From Marsupella aquatica (taxonomy: Eukaryota; Plantae; Marchantiophyta): a stretch of 64,000 nt of DNA. The notes below the pieces were generated by a model. It did not search any database and had not been told where the DNA came from. It worked only from the letters and a program-made list of their open reading frames with translations. Shown here piece after piece: positions 34,597 through 47,662 of the stretch. How positions within the stretch are numbered: the stretch's first letter is position 1; each line of letters starts with the position of its first letter. The position numbers were made by a program, and so were the translations under genes. The stretch covers positions 3,761,918-3,825,917 of the forward strand of contig OZ316891.1 of assembly GCA_973895155.1 (NCBI GenBank), read 5' to 3'.

Positions 34597-37500
34597 AGCC
34601 AGCGTACCAGCCTAGGTTTTGAAGACCCAACTGTGTCCTGTCACCAATTCTTTGCCTCTGCCAAAACTTTGTCCGTGCTGGCCTTGCTATCGAAAGATTC
34701 TGCTGCTAAAGATCTACATTAGTTTCCGATGGCCAGTGTCTAGAGCCTTCCGCGCTCAGGAGCTCATCTGTGATGAAACCGTTATTTGAACCTCTCTTTC
34801 CGATTAAGCTGTTAGTGTGCTCAATGTTTCCTGTCATACAACTGGCATGTGGTTGACCTTCCAGAGACATAGACGAAATTTGGTTCTTTGGAAAAGTTTT
34901 AAATCTCCGAATGGCATTCGTCCCCTCGCTCTGGAAGACAGTGCAATCGAAGCACTTACAAGGGTGATTATGTCCTCGGATCTGCCATGTAGTCACTTGA
35001 GGTAATTCCTTCTTGGCCATCAGACCACTTTGTCAATCAAGACAATACGGAGTACTTCAGGTGGACGCTTTTTTGTAGTGGATCTCAGCAACGGGCTGTC
35101 ATCGAATTTGTTTGTTCATTAGTTCAACGCTGAAGTCAATTTCTTGGTCATTTACGAGATTGTGTTGCAGGGATGATGTGGCGGGGATATAGCGAGGCTG
35201 GACGCACTAGGCTGGACGCACTAGGTAGTGAGATTTGTTCATTGAGGTGAATTTTAATCTTTAAGATCTGATAGATTATTCATCTGTGGGTGTCAGTCAT
35301 TCATATTCAATATCGCTTACCGGGAATAGACAGGTAAGATGTGTCTCTTGATTTCACCCTTCTTTGCGTTCCAACATCACCTGTAATTATAGCCCCTCCC
35401 TGGAGAACGAAATTTTGAAGTATTGATGGAGTACAATTTCTTTTTATCCTGGACAGAGTTATCCATGTGCAACATCTTGAGTCTAGAATGTTCTACAGCA
35501 GTTTTTGCACGCGAAGCTGGGTGTTTAAAGTTTTCACTTGAAGATAAACATATTTGGTAACTGAGCTTCAATTTCAGCCCAGAAGTGGAATCTGTCCGCT
35601 TCGTTGACATGATGATATGAAATTGGTTCTGGATTTCCCTTGAAATGTCCTTTCTGAATGTCGTTCTGGATGTTCATATGTAAGACTCTTCCATCACTTC
35701 TTCTATGCTTATTGCTAAGAGCGAAGACCAATTTTATGCACTGGGAAGTAAAACCGCCACTGTCGCTTTGGCTCACTTTTTTGCTTTCTTAAGAACAGTA
35801 TTTACAAATCATGGCGACCTGGATCCACCATTTTTTGAAACTGGACAGTGGCGTGCTAACGATAGAGGGTGAACACTTGGGAGTCTTGTCTTTCATTTGA
35901 AAGCTATGGGAACAGCTCCAACAACTGAAATGAGAACATTACAGATAGTGGGTACCTCGACAGTCTCTTGCAATGCACCTTGTTACTACGTTGGCTGGTG
36001 TCCTGCACAGTTTGTCGTCTCACAGTCGAGGGCCTCCAATAATGAAGGAATTGAGACAAGGAACAAGGATTTGCCATCGATGGGGGACTTGAGATTAAGA
36101 TTATTTTACCTGGACAATCATGCAATGAATACAAAAGTAGGCAAAGGTCCTGAGCATGGTTTGTTATGACCAATGTTGCCCATAAGTATGGGTCATGTAC
36201 TGAAACTTCAGTTGGTCATCCAGCTCAAGAGTAAGGGAATAAATGCCATGCTTAAGGGCATCTTTATCAGATCACCAAGATGCTCAAGAGTAAGGGAATA
36301 AATTAGAGAAGTAAGTCTTGGATGCTAGTCATCTGGCCGGGATTACTCTCGTGCTCATCAGTATTTAGTATTCTTAGTAATCATGTTCTGGTTGTAAAAT
36401 GAGGAGCTCACGTTCATGCCTAGGCCCAACGTGAGCATTATAGCCTAAGTGCTCAACAAAAGAGAAAGGCGAAAGAAATGTGAAAGAACTGAATGTTGAT
36501 ATGATGGACTTGTAACCAGGTTTTGAAATGGAGAATATCCTCTCCCAATCCTAAGACCCACCTTAGTACTACAGTAAGGGTGACCAAAAGTAAATTGACA
36601 ACTGTTGTCAGGCTAAATTCTATGATCTGGTTTTAAAGGGACAAATGTCTAGCACCCACGTCCTAGCCTGGAGCCTTCTCATACGCAAAGTTTGAAGTAT
36701 GAAATGATAATATTGTCTAAGCCTTCTTACACGCAAAGTATGAAATATGAAATGATAATAATGTCTCACAGCTTATGTTTACAGCAAACAGGCCAAGATA
36801 AATGTCATCCTTTCCTAAGAATCTTCAAACTATCCAGATCAAAATTTTGAGTAACCGGGCTTTATGTATGTTTTTCCGGCCTTGTTGTATGTCTATACAA
36901 GGTTACGAGACATTGCCCTGCGGTGAGGCCACAGAACCCTTGTGCCAGCCTAACCTGGGGATTCTCAATTTTGAATGAGAAATATGGCAAGGTGCAAGTG
37001 GTAGACAATGATAGATGAGATTTGCAATGTAAAAATGAAATGAATGGCTAAAAATTGCACTTGGGTTTTATGCTTGGCACCTCATCCCAACTTGGAGATA
37101 ATGGGCAGTAACTCCATCAGGGATTACATCCCATTACCTGCTCCTGGGGATGTTTTGCCCTCCACATTTCAGGTTTCACCAGCAATGCTGAACCCAAACT
37201 ACCTTAGACAATTTTTTATTTGTATTTGGTGGATGCATTATAACACATATTTACTTAGACTTCTGTTATGAGCATTTCATAACATACAAGGCTGGCTGGT
37301 GAAACTATGAGCTATCACGAAGTACCTGTTTCAAAATGTTCTTGGAGGTTTAAGTTTGTTAACTTCAAGCCACAATGGGTGTTGTCCTCACTTAGAACCC
37401 TTGGACAATTATAAGCCAGAACCCCATCTTGACAGGGTGTTATGATACTCGTAGACCATGGATATGGCTAACTCAAGTAAAGCACATCAATTACAACATA

Positions 37501-38634
37501 GTGCCATCTCAGTTCACTCAAGACCGTCACAAACATAAATTATTTTTCATTTCATGTTTTCAGTGTTCACACTAGGATGCTTAGAATATTCTTAACATTT
37601 ACATGATAACATTCTTTCAAGGGTTACATGGACCACAAAATCTTTTATTAGCGGGGGCCAACATTTAAATAGCTATTTGTTTGTGAGCCCAGTGCCCATG
37701 CTTTGCACAATTTGTGAGAGCGAGTCACTGATGGCAAGGCACAGAAGGTGAGGTAGAGGGTGCATGGGGAGCACTTCAAGGTAGATGGGTCACAAGGAGG
37801 CACGGAGGTGTTTTTGGCTGATCAAACAAAGAAGAAAAAAACAGTTTTCAATGATGACTGGGAGCTCTTCCATATGGCAATTTGTAAACAACCCACCAGA
37901 ATGGGTGGGATTAGAAATTCTGGTGTGTAGATAGATTGAGCCAACTGGGATGACCCTAAGGTAATATGTCTTTAGTAAAGTCCTCTTTACAGGGCATTGT
38001 GTGCCCCAATGCACCCTAGAATGAGTGTTTCAGGTAGACTTCTGCTTAAGTTTTGAGGGGCTATTATTGCCCATAATGCTCTCCTCATTACGGGACCTAA
38101 ATATGCTTCAAAGCCTAAGAGATTTTTGTTTTTTTATGAAAATTGCTGGACAGTTTTTTTGGGCACTATATCCTCTACATCAGAAACTATAATACAGAGT
38201 TGTGCCACTTTTTGAAGTGGTCCTCATTCAAATTTGGAGAGGCTTTTTAAGTGAAAGAAAAGGGAACTGTAAAAAGAGAAAGGAATACAAGAAAATAATT
38301 ATGTTTTGTGTGAACACGTTTTTCCAAGCAATAAAAGTACAAAGGCTTCCCCTTTACCATCCATGCTACCCCATGCTCCTCCCTCTACCATCCATGCCAT
38401 ACTTACTATGCCCCATGCCATATCATCCATGCAAAGGAAGTGCTGCATGTACCATGAGAGGAGTTTAATGACAAATATTTTACATAATCAAGAAAATAGT
38501 GCACAACCTAATCAATGAGACAAAGACAAGACAAGAAAAATAGTGAAAAAGAAGGAAGGTTTTAAGAGATATAAATTCCAAAAAATAATTCTCATTTTGT
38601 TGTACTTTGGTGGTGGTTTTGCCTCTCTTTGTGT

Positions 38635-39060
38635 CATGACATCTTTCACTCGACAATGTAAAATTACGCAATGAGATCTTTCTAACAAAGATATATTTCA
38701 CACCATGATATTTTTCAACTACATCTTTAGCACAACATCATCTGTTATGCATTGACGTCTTTCACCGAACAATATCTTTTAGTAAACTACATCTTTTGTG
38801 CAACGACATCTTTCGAGCAACCACATATTTTACTTAATGATATCTTTTATTTAACAATATTGTAAATGCAAGGATGTATTTATGCAACAACATCTTTTGT
38901 GCAACGGAGACTTGAAAAAATATATGCTAACAAACATCACATCTTTTGTCTCAATGACCACATGACATCTTTTCTCTTAACAACATCTTGGGTGACACGA
39001 CATCTCTTCTCTTAACGACATCTTGGGCGTCATGACATCTTTCTCTGAACGACATCATTT
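38635..39060. repeat. Degenerate ~22-bp tandem repeat (acgacatcttt core)
   Basis: Many 'acatcttt', 'atatcttt' and 'gacatct' units. Confidence 0.7.
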
Positions 39061-41075
39061 GTGCGAAGCACGGGACCCGGTATTGAGCTCGTTATATATA
39101 GTTTGGCACTTACTGAGCTTGTAAAGAAACATCAAGGCTCCTTTAGTACAAGAGCCTCCCATACATATCTGTGCCCCCTATAGTTTGGCACTTATTGAGC
39201 ATGTAAAGCAATATCAAGGCTCATTAAGCATAAGAGCCCCCCATACATATTTGGGCCCCTCTGACACATACAGCTTTTTATCAACCTGTCCCCCTAACTT
39301 GCCCAAATCTCTAAGATGTCCCCCTAATGAATTTATTTGCTTCCCTGCCCCCCATACCATATATGGGTTAGTACTAACCAAATGTCGGGTTCCTGGTGCC
39401 AGTTGTCAAGGCATGGTTGGCTTGGACTAACCCACCCAAGTTAAGCCTCCCGCTCCCTGTGGCAGCCCATTTTGGAAGCACCTGGAAGGAAGCACAGCCC
39501 GAGTACGCAGCCCTCGCAAAACACAGCCCTCCCCACTTTAACGCAGCCTGAGTATGCAGCCTTGACTTCCCAGCCCGGTTTTTACAAAGGAACCGCCAGC
39601 CCCATTTTTACAAAGGAAACATTGTCGCAAATGTTTACACATTTTCCTCTTCACTTTTGGCAGTGTCATACCTGCACTCTCAACCTTTGAGCAGTTGCAA
39701 CCTTTGCCCCTAGGGTTTACACACAGAGGCGCAGAAAAGTTGTCACTATGTACCTCATTTTCCCTGCATTTTCTTGCCCTGTTTTTTACAAAAAAACAAA
39801 CATAGCAAAATCCAAAACGGGCGGCCACAAGGAGGGGAAAGCTTAACTCTGGCGGGTTAGTCCGGGCCAATCACGCCTTGTGTTGCGTCAATAACCTGGG
39901 CCTTAAATCCGAGTTGTCGTATTGACACACGCACGACCACCAGTAGGGGTGAGGTTTCGGGCAAGGAGGGGTGTAGTGGCCCTGGTTAGTCTAAGTCGGA
40001 CTATATGCATATATGTGCCGATATAATATTGCATAACCATTGCAGACATCATAGGTATGTTTGGTTTCCACCGCTGGAAGGATCCCATAGTGAGTGACTC
40101 GGACTAACTTCCGGCTTGGGGACTTTCAAGCCATTGCAGCGACCAGAATAATTTGCAGCATAACACCTCCCCCGACACCTCCCTACAATCCCAACCATTA
40201 GTCCGCACCCGGTACGTACCTTGAAATGGCACCTTTGTCAAGGCAAGGCATGCACACAACGCATCTTACTCGCAATTGATTGGAGGGAAAGACCAGGTTT
40301 ACTCAGATAAGAAGAAGCACTTTACATAGCTGTTTCGACTTCTAAGCGATCAGCAGGTCTAACGGCAGTCGATGCCCAGTCTCTATGAGGCCCTGCCTTG
40401 CGCTTGCCCAACAAGCTCAACTCTGGCTCTCACTCCTTAGTACTCTCAGATCCTACTCAGGCCGGGACTCCCCATGCACAATGTTCTTACCCACTGAAAT
40501 GAACCACAAGTCTCTCCCCTTCCCTAGCGGAAGGGGGAGCCTAAATACTCCTACAAAAAGGGACGGGGGAGATGCTACCTCCCTTGGGTAATGCCTAACT
40601 AACTACCTCCTGACCTCGCTGACCGCCTTCCCACTGACCGGTTGACTGTCAGTGGCAAGGGTCGCTGACCGTGGCGCCAACGTCTAAGCCTACTGTCCGT
40701 CGCTTTTAGTCCGTTGATGGACTCTATCTATGCTGGATGATCCTAACTAACTTTGTCCCAATCCAGCCTACCGTGCTGCTAATCGGCGCTTAATGACAGC
40801 TCTTTAGTCGCTAAGGTTAACCCAAAAAGATGCCACTGTTCTCATCTGCATTGTGCGGGGCCTGACCGCCCCTTGCGCTAACCACCCCTTGCGTATGTTA
40901 CGCTGTTGGTCCAGGGTTTGTCCCTTTGTCAGGACGAGGCCTCAAGTCGCCTTGATCAGACTGAGGTGGTTCTCGCCCCATCTCGCTGGATTACAAGCAG
41001 CGTTATCCGGTCCTGCAAGGCCTTGTAATCCCGTACCGCCTCCTCCGCTTCGTTTGCGACTTTGTTGGCCTCAGC

Positions 41076-43946
41076 CTAGAGCCGTGCCACCTCCTGACTG
41101 AGCTGGCCGATGGTGTAACGGTGGGTCTGGTTCTGCGTCAGCAGTTTATCTCGCTCGGCGGAGACATTAGTCACTTGCTGGGCTGCCTGAAGGAATTGGT
41201 TGTTGAGGTCGGTCAGGCTTTTAACCCGAGCCAAGGACTCCGATCGAAGCTGAAGCACAATGTCCTCCAGTTCCTTAAGGTCAGCCTGAGCCTTGAGAAA
41301 CTCTTGGTTTAGTCCTTCCCGTTGTTTGATGGTGCGGACTAACTCATCACGACGCGCGGCGGCTGCCTCTTCTAGCTGCTCCACTACCATCTGGAGATGT
41401 CCGATCTCATTTCCCTTTGCCATGAGTTCATCCTCCAAGAGCTTTATGATCCGCGGTTGGTGATCTAACATGAAGAAGGCTGGTTGGAAGTATTGCACGA
41501 CTTGCTGCCTGATGTACGTCGCTAGTTCCCCCGACAGGTTCTGGCTGAATTTTTGGACCAGATCGTGGGCTAAGGTTCCGGGGAGTCGCGGAACTCGACT
41601 ACCTTAACACTTAGCTCCGGCATGGCTGACTTTGACGCCGAGCTCCCTTATGGTCCAGGCCCGGATAGGCCATCCGGGGAGGACTTAGCATGAGGAGACT
41701 TGTGGGCAATGAGACGTGGCACTAGCGAGGCAAGGGGCCAAGCTGGGGACACAAACTAAGGACTTGGACTAGCCTATATGGCTGGTCGGGTCAAGGGGAA
41801 ATGGGCCGGGCTCAAGGATGGCCGTCCGGACCGTCGAATGGACTTTGAGTTCTGAGGGCTTGGGAGTGAGCTCCTCTTGGGCCCAAGGCCAATGAAGTTG
41901 ACACCATTGGCAACGGACGCTTGGGGCGCAAGTTGTGGCCCAATCCGGGTTGGGCCGGTCGGGGGCCTAGGCATGAGCACTGGGTCGGCCCGGTCACAAC
42001 GGGCTAAGGCACTCCGCTTGCGGATGCCTATCAAGAAAGTTATGGGCGTTGCCAGTTGGTGGCGAGCCATTATGCGCGATGGGATCCGAGTTGGGGGCCA
42101 AATGTTTAGGGACCAAAGCTGGTCCGGGGGTGGCAGGTCTCCAGAAGCATATATGAGGGGAGTGGTGTCTCCCTGGGGGCTAAGGGCGAGCCGAAGTCGT
42201 GAGCCGCGGCGATCGCGACACTAAGGGAAACCGCAAAACGGAAATGACGATATCTTCCCAACGGGAAGTCCGTTGGAGGACTTCCTGGGTTCATTGGAAA
42301 GCTCTTAAGGAGGGCTACGCCCTCCTGAGCTCAGATGGGTCCGGGGGTGCCGTGGGTTCTCATGGTTTGCGGGTGTTAGCTTGCCCGCTTGCCAAATCCT
42401 GCCGAACAGCAGCCAAGCCGCGTTCAGCCTCCCAAGGGAGCTTGCGTTGGGGAGGCAAGGCCAAGTAGGTATGGAGGCTGAGTCCCAAGGGTGCTCGGTC
42501 CCTAGACCATCAATGGGGCAAACTGGGAGCGGTTGCTAGGTTCGGGGAGTAGCGGTCGTGCAGGTGAGCAAGTGCGGCTTCGCGTGGGAGTGGCCACAGG
42601 TGGTGCTAGAGGCACTTGGATGCTTGCTCGAGGTATTCCATGGAGGCATTCGGGCACCAAGGGCACTTAGGAGCAAGTGTCGGGATTGATGAGGGCGTTG
42701 GGTGGCGAGGTCCACCATCAGGGTCTACTCGGTAGTCCTCCATACTCTTGGGCAAGGGTGCATCGACGGTTGGGGCGGCGACTTCCTCCGTAGTCCGCAA
42801 TGGGGAGGCCGGGGACACGTTCTTCAGGTGGTGGCGAGATCGGAGGTGGTTGCATCGGGGGTTCGGCGATGGGGGACGGCGGGGGTGGCCCATTGTTCGC
42901 AATGGTGCTGAACGTAGGGAGGGCGGGGGAGTAGTTTGTGATACTGCGGGGTCAGGGTTTGCCCGAGATGTGGTAGTCGGGTTGCTCGGTGCAGTACCTC
43001 CGGGAGTGGGGGCGACATTAGTTGGGGCCGAGGTGGCCATGTTCTTCCCTTTGGCCTCCCGCCGTGCCTTGTACCAACCTCGGATGATGGCGATCTGACT
43101 CCCCAGGTAGGTCTTTCCCCCGATAGGCATTCCTGTTTGAGCCCGCCTAAGCTCCCCCAAGAACCGGCGGCTGAAGAATTGGGCCCAGTTTTGTCGCTTG
43201 CACTGTTCCACTTGCACAATCATACAGAGGGAGATCTCGGACCGCGATTCGATCATGTGTAAGGTAGTCCGTATGAAGTTTAGCCGCTCCATACAGATTA
43301 GGTTGGTACATGATCCATGCTTATAACCGTTGTCCGTCTTGCCCCCGGGTTTGAAATGCTGGGGCGTATACTCCTTATCTCGGATCCAAAGTTCAACCAA
43401 CACGGCCCGCAACACGGGTTTGGTTGGCAGACAAAAGATTTGGGCCAATCGATGCTCTGTAAGTGATCTCGGGGGGTTGACTATCAAAAATCTTAGGAAC
43501 CACGTGCGATCCAAAATAGGTATTTTTGGCAGATTTTAACTAAATTTTTAAAAAACGTAGGAGGCAAAAGAAGGTATTATAAACTCATGTTTATAGAATA
43601 TTCTTTAATATATACCCTTTATAAAGTAAAATAGGTTATTAATATTGAAAATAGAGAATATTCTTGGAATATTTTCTTTATTAAATAGGTCTATTTATAT
43701 TAGGCTAGGATCGCACGTGGTACTAACCCCCCAAGTTAACTAACTAGCTTAGTTAACCCCCCGAGTAAGTGATAAGGTCTGCCTTGATACCTTGGTGGTA
43801 GACGCGTCAATGTCAAACTTGGAGATGAACTCGTAGATCTCCTGTGCCTCGGAGGTGGTAGGCTTCCATGGTAAATGAGCAAACTGCTTCAACTGATGCT
43901 CCTTGAGATAGTTTGCGTGGTTGGGGTTCTTGATTGCCGCCGCCAT
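41076..43946 (-). pseudogene. Cargo ORF: plant-mobile-domain/Transposase_32-like N-terminus, Pro/Thr-rich linker, coiled-coil tail; frameshifted and MITE-interrupted
   Basis: Removing the MITE joins ...TTKVSRQTLSLT|EHRLAQIFCLP in frame. It continues to NWAQFF...ELRR...YLGSQI. The heptad-rich segment lies at 41076-41498. Confidence 0.55.
43468..43765. mobile_element. hAT-type MITE (298 bp) nested in the cargo ORF
   Basis: 16-bp TIR CTCGGGGGGTT(G/A)ACTA. 8-bp TSD TAAGTGAT at 43460-43467 and 43766-43773. Internal inverted 'accacgtgcgatcc' subterminal motif. Confidence 0.9.
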
Positions 43947-45303
43947 CGTACCGTGGACGATCCTAATTATGCGCAAAGTAACCACTAATCATTAAGTTGA
44001 CTAACCTATTCCTAGTCTAATCATAATTGCAAAGACTACTCTTTGTACCATCCTAACTATATGGCTATGGTCCTAATGACCGTATACGTCCTAATCTGTT
44101 ACTTGTGTCATGTCTAGTGACACGCTACCTGTGTCACACCTTGACATCTGGTAACAGGGACCAATGTTGGGTTAGTACTAACCATATATGGTATGGGGGC
44201 AGGGAAGAAAATACATTCGTTTGGGGGACACCTTAGAGATTTAGGCTAGTTAGGGGACAAGTTGATAAAAAGCTGCTGACACATATTTGTGCCCTTGTCC
44301 ACTGTCAATTATGTCCAGCTCATTTTTACGTCATTATTTTTAAGTCACAATAACATGAATGTACCCCACTTGTGGGTAAGAGTCTCAGGCCAGCACATTT
44401 CCAACACAAGACCTTTAGTGCCCCCACTCAACCTAGCTACCACCTAGCCTGGGCCACCTGATGTCCTTGCCCAATTGTGTGGTATTTATCATCAAAATTG
44501 GATATTTATGTTGATTAGCATTAGAATTAGCACTTAAAGTCTAGATTGCACTTAGTCCCACACCTTTTGTTCATTGACAGTTATTTATATATCTTTTTGG
44601 CTGAACCTTAAGTTCAGCTTTGTGGTGGGGGCCTAAAAATGACTCTAAATCTTTTTTCTGCGCATAAGATTTTGTGGATACTTTTCTCCAAAATATAGTG
44701 TACATCACTCAAGAGAATGGATTCGCAACAGTTACTATTTTGTGACCAAACCTCTTTGGTCACGGGCCTTGTTTATATATTTTTGTAAATTGAGCACACA
44801 GGCCAAGATAGATCTCAGCCGTTGTAAGACAATTTCAAACATTGGTCGCCGAGGTGATGGGAGACAAAGATAGTGAGGAGTGATTTGTAGCCGTTTGGGA
44901 AGTGCTTTCAACGAAACTCTAGATGAAGTTCAAAATTGGTAGAGCGAACGAAGGAAGTGCCATGCTTAGCTCGGGCTTCAGAGCAACATTGGAGTGATCG
45001 ACGAGTGCTAGATGCAAAATCTGAGCTGCTTGACGGATAGAGAGCTCGATGCTCGACGACAAGCGGATCAGTGACAGTCATTGTCTGTCCGAAAGAGTTG
45101 CAAATCGAACTTTGAAATTCTCAGTGAGGGAGAGATTTAGTCGGGGAAAGGTGTGCTGAGGGCTTGCGAGGTTGAGATGGTAGACAATTTTCGAGTGCTG
45201 CAGGCTAGCTAGTGTTGAGAAGAGCTCAGTTTCAGGTGCGCTGTGGAGGTTTGCAATCTACATCGGCAGTGAAGAGGTCGGGAGACGATCGGTGTTGGAG
45301 GAG

Positions 45304-47662
45304 ATGCAAGGCGGGAGGTATGTTTCACATTGTCGTCTTTACATTCCATTGAGAGATTTCTTTGGCCTTGCTGCGGCTCCCTGTTCCTCTGAAGCTCTCA
45401 ATCGCGCTTTTTGCATCCTTTGAAATGTCGATACCTGTTGTCTGCGGAAGAACTTGTGGGTGAATTTTGGTCGTAGCTGGCTGCAGCTGCGACAACATCA
45501 GCCATGTAGCTAAGAAACGGAGGAGGTGGTCAACAGCGCAACAAGATGCAGTGCTAGCCCCCCCCAATCGCTTCGGAGTGAAGAAGCAGCTGAACATTCT
45601 CGGCCGCCACCAGGCAAGCAGCAGCGTCAATTCATTGGCATCCTTCCAATCGAAGTCCAACCCAATCTTTGAACCCAGTGAAGAACCTTCTTCTTATAGC
45701 ACTAATAACAACGAGCCTAATGCTGAGGAGAGGAGGTTTCAGTCTAAGTGGAATGCACCCACATTGGTAACTTCTTTTGATGGCTTCAGTAGAGGAGGAG
45801 GAGGAGGAGAGTCTCAGCAGCAACAGCCTCATCCCAAGCCGAGGTCTCGGCTAGGAAAGACCAGTCCTGAGTCTTCTCTCTTGAGCAATACCACTCGTGG
45901 TGATGCGGATTGGTCCTTGGAGGAGAAGGAGGACAACCCAATGGAGAATCCAATTATGTTGCTGCATTCCCCGGCGATCGCTGGTAAGAGAGCCTTCCAT
46001 GGTTTGCAGGTGGAGTCAAGGGTGGTGTCTCATGATTACGGTGAAGGCGAGTGGCTCTATGTAGAAGAGGAGGAAGGGCTCAGTGAGAAGGATAGCAGTG
46101 TGCTGGCCCTGTCCTTGAGGAGTTCCGACGACGGAGCACAGACTATAGAGGGCCCTCGTTGCCCAACTGATGATGGGGCACAAGACGGGGATATGCAATC
46201 TTCCCTAGAGGCGTGCGAGACACGATCTCGAGAACTAGTGAAGAAAGTGCAAGCCAATGCGGCTGCAGAGCTTGCCCAGCTGAGATCGTACAAGACTCTA
46301 ATTGAGCAGCTGAGGGTGGAGTGTACCAAACATGAAGCTACTGCCAAGAATTGGTCTGACCTGCATCGGGATGCCATGGCACAGCTGGTATCAGCACGAA
46401 GTGACATTTCGGAGCTCGAGCGTCAGCGCCGCCTCCAGGCAATTGTTATTGACGAGCTTAAGCAGAAACAGGGGATAGAAAAGGATTTGCAAGACGCTAT
46501 AGTTGTTTCTGATACATTGAAATTGGAGACAATGGAGACGGAGCAAGATGGCTGGAGAAAGAAGGCGGAGGCTCTGGAGACGGAGCAAGATGGCTGGAGA
46601 AAGAAGGCGGAGGCTCTGGAGATGGAGCTCATGACTGCACGAAGTGAACTGATTGCGATTGCCGTGCGGGAGGAGGAGCAAAAGGACGCACAAGCACATG
46701 AATGCGATATTGCCACACAGATTGATGTGACAAAGGTCGAAAAGGAAGTTCACATGGAGATTGACACCACAGAGGACGTTGAAACTGGATCCAACAAGAA
46801 AACCCTTGAATCTGCTGCTGTTGTTAAACTATGTGAGGTTGAAGCGCAGCTGGCTACAGTTTGTAGCCAGTTGGAGAAGCTTCAACAGGAGGGAGATGTG
46901 TTGAAAATTGCCGTTGAGGATGGAGAGAGGAGGGTGGCAGAAGCCTGTAAGGAACGGGATGCTGTGGTGGTTGCCGTGCAGCAAGAGTGGGATTCAGTCA
47001 AAGTGGCATTGCGGCAGGAGAAAGAGAAGCTGGAACGTGAGCTGACGACCGTATGGGAGCAGAACACGAAGCTACAAAATGAATTAGACGCAAAAAACAA
47101 AACTCTGGAAGCAAGTAAGCGACTTGAGAGTAGAAATCCAGCGGATGTGGGTGAAGAATGTTTGCAGGAGGTTTATATAGGTGATAAGGTTATCCAACCG
47201 GGCACCGAGCGAGGTGATAGCCTCATTGCCCTATGGCAGGATTACCAGAAGCTGGAAGTTGAACTGACTGAAGCATTTGACCATAACAAGAAGCAGAGAA
47301 GCGATCGAGAGGCACTCAATTTCGCCCTAGTTGGGGTGCGGGATGGGAACAAGAAGCTAGAAGGAGAACTCCGTGACTTGCAACTTGAAAAGATCAAGCT
47401 AGAGAGGGAGCGAGACGCTCTACTGAAGGCAGTTCAGGAGGAGAGACAGAAACTCGAGAACGAGCGGGCTGCGGTTTGCAAAGCAATGAGGGGTGAAAAT
47501 GAGAAACTGGAAAGTGAGAGGGAGGTTCTAATTGCTATGCAAGACTATTTGAAAAAGCTGGAAATGAAGCAGGACAAAGCACAGGCAGTGGAGAACAAGG
47601 CCCAGACAATTGGGGGTGACGAGAAGAGGCGGAGGAAAGGCAAGCGAGGTGCTCCACAGTGA
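45304..47662 (+). CDS. Large coiled-coil protein of unknown function; probable exons 45304-45317 and 45487-47662
   Basis: 731-codon open frame with a disordered N-terminus and an E/K/L/Q heptad-rich C-terminal two-thirds. Basic clusters KKRRR and KRRRKGKR. ATGCAAGGCGGGAG|gtatgt...ctgcag|C splices in frame. Confidence 0.75.

Larger units (their letters stand above)
39271..44275. mobile_element. Non-autonomous Mutator-like element (5005 bp) carrying a cargo ORF
   Basis: ~140-bp imperfect TIRs beginning CAGCTTTTTATCAAC (39271-39410 and 44139-44275). Perfect 10-bp TSD CTGACACATA at 39261-39270 and 44276-44285. No transposase recognised inside. Confidence 0.88.
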
